This document shows, piece after piece, positions 13,401 to 23,199 of a DNA stretch of 64,000 bases; position 1 is the stretch's first letter, and every line of letters begins with the position of its first letter. The notes beneath the pieces are model-generated. The model searched no databases. It had not been told where the DNA came from and saw only the letters and a program-made list of their open reading frames with translations. Source of the DNA: Saccostrea cucullata (Eukaryota); assembly GCF_032062105.1 (NCBI RefSeq), contig NW_026930139.1:930001-994000 (forward strand), read 5' to 3'. A program made the translations under genes and the position numbers.

Positions 13401-16400
13401 TTTTGTACAGAACCACGAATATAGTCATGTTTATGTGTACATTAATGTGAGTTATCAAGGTATTTTTACAGTATCCTGTAAACCAACTATCCTTTGCATA
13501 ATCTTTTATTTGCAGCTCATTAATTTGGGATCAATCTTTCATGATAAATTGTAAGGACTGAGGAAGTGTTCTCTTCAAATACAAAGTAAACTCAATACAG
13601 TGTAGTTTGTGATGTTTAATATTCCTGAGTCAAAGTAGGTCGTGAAAACTGGCGGATATTTCTCGCATGCAAATAAAAGATGATTTACAGTATTTTGCAA
13701 GTATTTGACTGAAGAATTATCTTACTTTTTCTGATTTCATTGACAAATTTTCAATGCTCGTAACATAAATGTACATGTATGTGGCAAGTTTTTAATTTTT
13801 TTTGTTTTTTCAGCTCCAAATGTTCAGTATCAAAAGCAGGGACCCACAAACTTTGCTGAGAGTGGATGTAAGAATACATATATAGAATATTAGATATTTT
13901 ATCCTTGGATATGAATATTTTTCGGGAATGAGACAAGATTTGTAAATTATTCGTAAGTGCAAAAAACATACATGTAGTTTCAAAAATAAAATAAATTCCC
14001 TATCCAACTGTAGAATATCTTTTTATTTCATTTTTTTTTTACTTTCCTTAAGTATTACAGTTGAGAGATGCTATAGCTAAGCTGTTGCTAGATTGAACAT
14101 TTTAAAATTAAAACAGATATTAAAATCAATTCTGAGAACTTTGGCAATTTTAGACCATGTGAGAATTGTTATTTACTGCTGTGAAGTGCTGTCTTAAAAC
14201 GAAGTATTTTCTTTCTAGCAGTCTTAATTACAAAATCTCAAGTATTTATTTGGGCCTCTTTTCATGTTTCAAGTGCCCAATAGTATTCTCTGGTCTATCT
14301 GTGAAAACTTTATATGACCATACAGGTTTATATTATTACATGGTTAAAAGACAGAGGAAGATAACCATAGATTTTTTTTTTAAAAAGTCACTTCTTGAAA
14401 TGGTAAAAGCTTGTAATTAATTACATGTATATGACCAATATTGACCATTGTGATGCAATAAGTGAAGCATTTTGAAATTATACAGATAAAACCATATTAA
14501 GGGATCCTGTATGAATGTCTTAATTCTTTAATTATATATGTAAGACTCCAAAGTCCGATGGTGACACCAAAGTCCGATGGTCTCGCCAAACCCCGATGGT
14601 CTGTGCCAAATCCCGATGGTTTGTTGTCGGTACGGATGCCAAAGTCCGATGGCTCGTTTCCTATGAGACACGTTGCGCTAAAGTGCGATGGTCTGACATG
14701 CCAAAGTCCGATGGTGTGGAGAAACAATTAACGTTTATGACGTCACAATAATTGGATGTCATTCACTGATGCCGTTGTCCTGCATTCAAAAGCCAAATTT
14801 TCTGAATTGGTCCTCGCATACAATTTTACTGATTTTGCTTATTGCTTGCACCTTCCAAAGATATTAAGGTTAGTTCTTGCACACCACTCGACTGATTAGG
14901 GATAGTCTTTGCTTCGCACTATCCCGAGAGATTAAGGGTTAGCCTTTGCACACTAGTCGAGTGATTAAGTTTAGTCTTGCATCCACCCAAGATATCTAGG
15001 TTATAGTTGTTACACACTTTTTGAACGATTAGGATTAGTTTTGCGCGTATCTGAGAGATTAGGGTTAGTTTTCACATTATGATACTTATTTATTTAAAAC
15101 CTTGGCCTGGCGCGGCGTTGAGGTTTGGCGCAGTAGTACTATGACGTCATAAACGTTAATTGTTTTCCACAAAATCGGATTTTGGCGTGTCAAACCATCG
15201 GGGATTGGCGTGTCAGACCATCGGACTTTGGCGTGACCATCGGACTTTGGAGTCCCATCACACTTTGGAGTCCTTTTTATCTAAGTTAAAATTGCCCCTA
15301 ATGCAAAAAACAAAAACAAAATCAAAGTTTCATAACCCCCAATGTAAAAAAAAAGTTTGTTTTATGTACAGCTTACATTCCAATGGGTACCCCTGTGACT
15401 CCTCAGACCCCCCACAGTGCCCTACCCCCCTCCGGACAGAGATCTGAGCCTTACAGCAGCAGTTCTACAGGGGGAGGCCTGACCCCCAACCCTTGCCAGC
15501 AGGGTCAGATACAGCAGCAGAAGTCCAGGGATGGTGCCGGTAAACCGAAGGCCTCTCCCCAGGTCATCAGGGAGGGGTCAGTAGAGGGGTTTGAAGTGAT
15601 TCCACCCACAGCTGTCCTGAGGGGAATCCCCCAACCTCAAAACAAACAGGAGACCAAAATTCAGGTAATTCCAGTATCAAGCACTAGGAAAGACATTCAC
15701 TAAATAATATTTTCATATTGTTTAATATGGCTGTACGTTTAAAAATAAATACCGAATAATTCATTGTACTGATCATGGCTTTTCATTTTGTTTTGGAAAA
15801 TCAAGCTCAATTTTGAGTGAGGCATTTTCTTCAACTGGACTAAATATTTCCCAGTGTTTTTCTTTAAGTATTACTTCCAAATATGTTTAGGAAGCATATA
15901 TTACAAAACATTCCTTCGATAACTTAGGTTTCATTATGAATTGAATTTTATAAACAAATGCTAAAAGAAAATAAAGTCAGTTCAATTTATCAAATTTTGA
16001 GGTCTTTGAAAGTTCATCATAAAAGATGTAAATATCATTATATCTAACCACAACGGGACTCAAAATCAGTTCGCTATATCCGTAAATTTGTTATATCAGA
16101 GTTCATTATAACCGTAAAAATAAAAAGTTACAAAGATTTGTAAAGAATTATGCCGGGGACCCAGAAAAACTTCGCTATATCTGTGAATTCGCTTTATCCG
16201 TGTTCGTACTAAACAAGTTTTACTGTAGTGTATTTTATAATGAATGAAAAGGCTCATGCATTTATGCAGTCAACAAGTTTAAAGAACTTCTTGCTGCTTT
16301 GAATTATATGTGTACATAACTATTTGTCATAACCATTTTTTTCCTTTCTAAATTAGGCTGGCTGGGTTTGCCCTGCCTGTACTTATATTAACCAGCCAAC

Positions 16401-19400
16401 ACGGCCAGGTTGTGAGATTTGTGCCACAAACCGACCACTGGACTATCAAGTGCCTGAAGGATACAGAATGACCAAAGAAGAGGAGGAGAGGATCCAGAGG
16501 GAGCGTGAGCAGGAAGAACAAACTCAAAGGGTAGGTTTTAAAGAAAGGGTGTAATTATATACAGGGTAGTTAAACTCATGAATTCTTAATTTCAGGTACA
16601 TTGTATATGTTACAAGATTATCTTTAATGCATGAATTATATTCAGATGTTTATCTGGGACAGCCCGTAACACAGAATACATACAAATGCAGACTGACACA
16701 TCACATAGATGATCTGTATTTTTTGTAATTTGCTGAAAATACATGAAATTATTAAAGGAATTGGCCCATTTTTTTCTGTGTCATTTCTGCATCATGCAGT
16801 AATTATACACCTTGTTCAGGCTTTTCTCTTTGACACTTTTCCAGGCCAGCGTGAACAGAGGTCAGGAGAGGGGTCCAAGAGAAAATACTGACGAGGAGTA
16901 TTATGGTGACCTTGAGGAGCGAGACCTGGCAGCCATCTTGGAATTGAATGAAAACTTAAACAGGGCCAGAATTAGGTCCCCTACAGAGAATGCCCTCACC
17001 CCACCCCATGGGCCACCCCCTGACCCTCATTTGATGGACCTTGGAAATGTCCATAGAGGATCAATGGACAATTTACAGTTTCCTCTGGACAATAGACATA
17101 TAGACTGGAATGAAGAACATATATAAAATAATATACATGTCTAGGATGGAGGGGGAATATGAGGAAATTAATTTCATATTTCAATATCAGTCATTTGAAT
17201 TGCAGTTTGAATGAAATCATTAACACAAAGTTACAGTTATACAAGTATTCACATGTATGTTCTGTGTTTTATGAATTATGTAATTATGTATTAGTATCTT
17301 CAAAAATGTTTTTGTCAAAGCAAAGATCTACAAGGGAACAATAAAATCTTATTCTATGTAAGTGTCATATTTTTGAAAATAGAAATACCATAAGAGAAAA
17401 TATACCTAGGGAATTGAAACCCATGTACAGTATACCACCTATCCAAAAAGAGTTGAATTTCAACAGATACCGGTAACTGTAACAAGTATTTCCACTGATT
17501 CAGAATCTAAAAGATGGTAAGACATTTATTTGGTGGAATGTCACATATTGAAGAGGATGTTCTGTACATTAGATCCATATAGAAAACAAGATGTGTTTGT
17601 GAAACACTGATGCACCCATAAGGCAGCTTATGCTGAGGTTTGAATCTTCTCTGTAAAATATGAAAGGCAGTCCTAGTTCTAACTGTTCAAAAGTTGTGGC
17701 CAAAATTAAAGTTTTTAAAAAGTGGGTCAAACTCTAATGTCAAGGTCAAAATATTTATACCCACTGAAAGGCCTTGTCACAATGAATATACATTAGAAGT
17801 ATGAAAGCCCTTGCTCCAGCTGTTTAAAAGTTATGACCAAGATTAAAGTGTGGTATTTTTTGTAAAAGAATGTCAGACTCCAAGGTCAAGAGGTCAAATT
17901 TGGTGGTACCCAAAGCAAGGTCTTGTAACAAGGAAAAATACCTGTGAAATATAGCCCACTCACTTAAAAGTTGTGGGCAAGGTGAAAGTATTTGCAGACA
18001 AGCAAACAGCTAGACAGACATGGACAGACAGACAGGGCAAAAACTATATAAAAACTACATGTATAACAAGTCCAATGACTGTTCTACTGTGCATGCAATG
18101 TACATGTATTATTTCTGATTTAACTGAAACAAATCCCACTCTCTTCCTTATAATCAAGTTTTACTGTAAATTCTTTGTTTTATTCCTGATTTAATTGAAA
18201 CAAATCCCACTTTCTTCCTTATAATCAAGTTTTACTGTAAATTGTTTGTATTACATGTATTCCTGATTTACCTGAACAAGTCCCCATGTATTCTTTATAA
18301 CCAGATTTTACTGTACATTGTACATACAGTATTATTTCTGATGTAGCTGGAACAGGAGCGAGAGGACCTGGAGAGGAGGCTCAGACAGGAGAATTTTGAG
18401 ATTTTGATGAAAGCTGAGGACAGCAGTCTGATTGGTAACTCTCAATCCTTCCAGTGTCCCATCTGTTTTGATGACATCTCACCAGGAAATGGGGTCATTC
18501 TCAGGGAATGTCTTCACACATTCTGCAGGTAAAATACTCCTCACATTAGGTTTGAGAAACAGCCATTAAGTCCCACAATTTTTTCACTGACTAAGGAATA
18601 AATTTCTATATTCCGGTTTTATAGATGGCACAGTCTTTGATCGTATATTTTGATGAGGTTTCAACAGGGAGATTTTTTAGTGTATTTTACGAGGTTTCTA
18701 TTTTTGGTGATACAGGGATATTTTTTACCGTAATCTGACAAGGTTTCTATTTTTACAGGGACTGCCTACAGGGGGCGGTGGTACACAGTGAGGAGGCAGA
18801 TCTCCGCTGTCCGTATCAGGATGACCACTACGCTTGTAATGCCTCCCTTCAGGATAGAGAAATTAAAGCGGTCAGTATATCTGTTAAAAAATTTACTTTA
18901 TACAGTTACCTGTATAATTAAATTACCATTAAAATGATTGAATGCATTGCCTTATAGATCATAATAAACAAAAAAAAGGCTGTAAATAAATAAAACTCTA
19001 AAGCTTTGATGAGTAGTGTGTGGCTAAATGAAATGATGGAAATTACAATGTACACATTTCTATGCAATGACACTGTGAACATAAATATTTTTGTGTTATT
19101 GTCATTTGACCTTGACAGCTGGTGGAGGCCAGTGTGTACGAGAAGCACCTCCAGCGGAGCCTAGTAACGGCCGAGAGTCAGGAACAGAACAGTTTCCACT
19201 GTAAAACTAACGACTGTCCTGGCTGGTGTATCTACGAGGACCTCGTCAACTTCTTCAAGTGCCCGGTCTGTAACAAGGAGAACTGCCTGACCTGTAAGGC
19301 GATACATGAGGGCATGAACTGTAAGGAATACCAGGAGGACCTGAGGATCCGATCCTCCAACGACAAGGCCGCCAAGCAAACCAATAAAATGCTCAAGGTA

Positions 19401-19928
19401 ACCACAGCACTCTGTCTTCTGTTTGTGATGTCATTCAATTCTTGGTAAATAATGCATTAAACAGTCCCCGGTTGTAGAAATAATAAAACATATTTTATAA
19501 CATATGCTCATCATATATGGTGTATTTTCTAGGCCCTTTGTAAAAAAAGGTTAAAAAGCTACAGTTTACCATGATTCTTTTTTAGGATCTGCTGAAGAAA
19601 GGAGATGCCATGAAGTGTCCTAAGTGTGAAGTGGTGGTACAGAAAAAGGATGGGTGTGACTGGATAAAATGCTCCATCTGTAAAACAGAAATCTGCTGGG
19701 TCACTAAGGGGCCAAGATGGGGACCTCTGGTAAACATCCTACGTTGTTATAGCATATTTAAAATTCTTTGTTAAAGTTTCAGACTTCTCTGATAATAGAA
19801 TATAAAATTATTGAATCTGTTACAAAATACATGTACCGGTATTTATGATGAAAAAAATTGTTTACTGTAGGGTGTCCGATATTAGTGGTGGAAATCTGTG
19901 CCATGAGAACTGTAACAATTGTCATTAG
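10471..19928 (+). CDS. RBCK1: HOIL-1/RBCK1-like RBR E3 ligase with SHARPIN-like N-terminus (PH-like, LTM, UBL, NZF, RING1, IBR, RING2)
   Basis: Exons 10471-10737, 10829-11054, 11489-12239 (this junction less certain), 12835-12928, 13192-13390, 13814-13867, 15372-15664, 16357-16530, 18347-18528, 18759-18870, 19119-19397, 19586-19729, 19871-~19928. Motifs: LTM ([25 protein letters not shown]), UBL ([31 protein letters not shown]), NZF ([21 protein letters not shown]), RING1 ([18 protein letters not shown]), IBR ([31 protein letters not shown]), RING2 ([37 protein letters not shown]), C-terminal CHENCNNCH*. The last exon is out of frame as given. Confidence 0.93.
13476..13690. mobile_element. 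Small MITE with CTGTAAA...TTTACAG termini
   Basis: Imperfect short TIRs, right end followed by TA. Resembles 40322-40529. Confidence 0.45.
14544..15254. mobile_element. Foldback-like non-autonomous element with modular long inverted repeats
   Basis: Left arm has tandem ccaaagtccgatggt units ending in aaacaattaacgtttatgacgtca. The right arm is the inverted equivalent. An internal degenerate array of about 40 bp (gattaaggttag..ttgca) spans about 14840-15075. Confidence 0.75.
16845..17126 (+). CDS. Putative alternative terminal exon giving an RBR-less, SHARPIN-like isoform
   Basis: Strong acceptor (cttttctctttgacacttttccag), phase 0 like the NZF-exon donor. 93 open codons to a stop, no convincing in-phase donor, and AATAAA at 17340-17345. 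Confidence 0.65.
   Translation, partial: ASVNRGQERGPRENTDEEYYGDLEERDLAAILELNENLNRARIRSPTENALTPPHGPPPDPHLMDLGNVHRGSMDNLQFPLDNRHIDWNEEHI
17586..18048 (+). mobile_element. Pearl/CvA-like element
   Basis: Head aacaagatgtgtttgtgaaacac, 2-3 degenerate core repeats (gtcaaggtca, aaagttatg), GACA microsatellite and tail. Confidence 0.7.
18108..18356 (+). repeat. Degenerate tandem repeat (about 70-80 bp) spanning the RING1-exon acceptor
   Basis: Three units of tatt(t/c)ctgattta(a/c)(c/t)tgaa(a)caa.tcccact...ttttactgta lead into tatttctgatgtag|ctggaacag. Confidence 0.7.
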
Positions 19929-20613
19929 GCTTAAGTCAGTAGGGTGTGAGAACTGTAACAATTGTCATTATATTAGCTGTGCCATGAGATGCATTAGGCT
20001 TAAGAGTGTGCCATGAGAACTGTTACAATTGTCATTAGGCTTAAGTCAGTAGAAGGGAAGCTGTGCCATGAGAACTGTAACAATTGTCATTAGGCTTAAG
20101 TCAGTAGAAGGGAAGCCGTGCCATGAGAACTGTAACAATTGTCATTAGGCTTAAGTCAGTAGAAGAGAAGCTGTGCCATGAGAACTGTAACAACTGTCAT
20201 TAAGCTTAAGTCAGTAGAAGGGAAGCTGTGCCATGAGAACTGTAACAATTGTCATTAGGCTTAAGTCAGTAGAAGGGAAGCTGTGCCATGAGAACTGGAA
20301 CAATTGTCATTAGGCTTAAGTCAGTAGAAGGGAAGCTGTGCCATGAGAACTGTAACAACTGTCATTAAGCTTAAGTCAGTAGAAGGGAAGCTGTGCCATG
20401 AGAACTGTAACAATTGTCATTAAGCTTAAATCAGTAGAAGGGAAGCTGTGCCATGAGAACTGTAACAATTGTCATTAAGCTTAAATCAGTAGAAGGGAAG
20501 CTGTGCCATGAGAACTGTAACAATTGTCATTATAGGCTTAAGTCAGTAGAAGGGAAGCTGTGCCATGAGAACTGTAACAACTGTCATTAGGCAAAAGTCA
20601 CTGGAAGGGAAAG
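19896..20613 (+). repeat. 55-bp minisatellite built from the RBCK1 C-terminal codons, stop and proximal 3' UTR
   Basis: Unit gtagaagggaagctgtgccatgagaactgtaacaattgtcattaggcttaagtca ([14 protein letters not shown]). The ccatgagaac motif occurs at 20011, 20066, 20121 ... 20506, 20563, with partial copies from 19901. Confidence 0.95.
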
Positions 20614-21250
20614 CTTATTATTATATCAGCAATAACAGCCACCATTTAATAGCAATTCAGCAGCTGGAGATTTGCAAGTTCTGTTTGAAACAGCTTACTG
20701 AAAGATGGAGTCGGAGTATTATACATGTATGTCTATCTGGCTTCCAGTGCAAGCTTTTATATCATTTTCATATTTTAGAAAAATACAGGGCTTAATTTGT
20801 ATTGAAACTGTACCTTGTTCTTTTGGAGGAGATGTTATAAAGATCCATCGTATTATCGGTACATTTCATGTTTTTAAAAAATGGCAATAGTTACAGAGCA
20901 ATACATATATCACGTGGCAGCATCATGCATTATATAGCCAATGGCAGTCCATATATTTTTACTGAAGGTTTTGTAATATATCATTTTTTTTTTATATGTG
21001 CATTCTGGTACAGGTAGTGCTTCATCAATGACTTGTATTTTCAGGTATTAATGCCATCTGTTTCATTTTGCTAAAGAATTAAACAGTATACATACAATGA
21101 ACAATGATTATAATCTAGGTATTGCTCACTCCATAAACAAGATGTCCTTACATTTTCTGTTAGGTCTACTGGTCGTAGGTTACAAATCTTTATGCATCAG
21201 TCTTGTGTCTAGTACTTTTGTCTATATGACTGTAAGCATTTTTGCAACAT

Positions 21251-22002
21251 TTTTTTTATACCCCCCGCAAACGAAGTTTGGGGGGGTAAATAGGAATCAC
21301 CTTGTCTGTCTGTCCGTCTGTCTGTGCAATCGTGTCCGGTCCATATCTTTCTTACAGAGGGACTTAAGAATCTACTACTCCATACAAAGATTGCCCATGA
21401 CCTAAGGGTGTGTCATGACCTTGACCCAAGGTCATTTGGGGAACTTCAAGGTCACTGGAAGAAAAATTTCATATTTCGTGTCCGGTCCATATCTTTCTTA
21501 TGGATAAACTTGGTAGGTTCTCATTTCACAAAAAGATTGCCCATGACCCAAGGGTGTGTCATGACCCTGACCCAAGGTCATTTGGGGAAGTTCAAGGTCA
21601 CCGGAAGAAAAATTTCATAATTCGTGTCCTGTCCATATCTTTCTTATGGATAAACTTGGTAGATTCTCCTTTCACACAAAGATTGCCCATGATCCAAGGA
21701 TGTGTCATGACCTTGATCCAAGGTCATTTGGGGAAGTTCAAGGTCACTGGAAGAAAAATTTCATAATTCGTGTCTGGTCCATATCTTTCTTATGGATAAA
21801 CTTTGTAGGTTCTCATTTCACATAAAGATTGCTAATGGCCCAAGGGTGTGTCATGACCTTGACCCAAGGTCATTTGGGGAAGTTCAAGGTCACTGGAAGA
21901 AAAATTTCATAATTCATGTTTGATACATATCTTTATCAAGGAAAAACTTACTTCTGAAAAACCCAGCAGGGGGTATTTTGTCCCGTTTGGACAGTTCTAG
22001 TT
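21251..22002 (-). mobile_element. Pearl/CvA-like (Helentron-type) element with 146-bp core array
   Basis: Terminal hairpin tatacccccc..gggggg, TGTC microsatellite, core units at 21331, 21477, 21623, 21769, 21915, and an end at ttctagtt. Confidence 0.85.
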
Positions 22003-23199
22003 GAAATTTGGTCTGATTTCAGTATAGCGTAGTTTACAGGTAGACTACATCAACATACAAATGATATTATTACATTGTAGAAGAGTAAAAAAATCCAAAT
22101 AACCAGTTTGTATACATGTAAACTTGTAAAAGTTAAACTAAAAAGAATACTGTATGATATGGAATGTTTTTATTTTTCACTGTTATAATAATTTTTATTT
22201 AATATTTGAATTATTTACATACTAGAAGAACGTGTCTTATCATAAACACATCCTAGCTGGAACTGGGGATATACTGTAATAATTTTTATTAAATATTTGA
22301 GCTGCTGAATATACATTACATATATATATGATGCTAATTAAGGTGTTCTATTTGTCGACATTTCTAGATAAATATAGTGGTGCTTCTATTCATTTGAATA
22401 TATTAGCCTGGGTATATTTTGGTTCTGGTTCTTTCAAAATATCATATTTCTGTTTGAATTAGGCTTTAAATATTTTTCAGTGCTGAATATTTTTTTCAAA
22501 CAATTGTACACTTTATCATTAAAATAGTATTCATATACAATCATTACATTCCATGTATATTTCCAGTTTCTAGTCAATGGCAGGGGTATTTGTGTGCCAT
22601 GTTAAATGTGCAGATTTTAATCTTTCTGTTTCATATAACGTGTTATACTCAGCCAATCCCTAATTGTGCTATTTTGCAATCTGTACATAAACACAATAAA
22701 AAGTGTCACATTTTGTTGAGGTCGAGGAAACATATTCAGTGCTTTGTCACAGTGAGTACATTTCATATATTTTTAACAATAAGGAACTTACAGCAGTAAT
22801 ACTTTAAAGTAGAATTTGAATATTTGTTATTTTACTTTAAACTGTGTATGAAATAAATTAAATTTCTTTGAATAAAGCTTTGTTATGTTTAGAGGTTTGG
22901 AAAAGACCTGATATTGAAGGTAACAATTACATGAAATATTTCATAACATTTGCTCTAAATGCTATCAAAAACAATTTAACACCACAAAAAATTGCTTTCT
23001 TTATTAAATAAAAAATTCTGTACAAAATATTGTATTAAATAGATACATGATTTAAATATAATAATTTTTATATTATTTTTAATTATTATTACAACAGTAT
23101 TGCACAAGTAAATGTAAATAAAGCTTGCAAAAAACAAGTCATGAAATCAACAACATGGGAATTAAAATAATTCTCAAATGTCAGAATTCCTCTAACATT

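Noticed and set aside
19896-20613. CRISPR-like regular array (also 62592-63217)
   Set aside because: No unique spacers, no cas genes and a eukaryotic context. The units derive from adjacent exons.
21097-21766. Three overlapping ORFs with repeated peptides
   Set aside because: Translations of the 146-bp core array of a pearl-like element.
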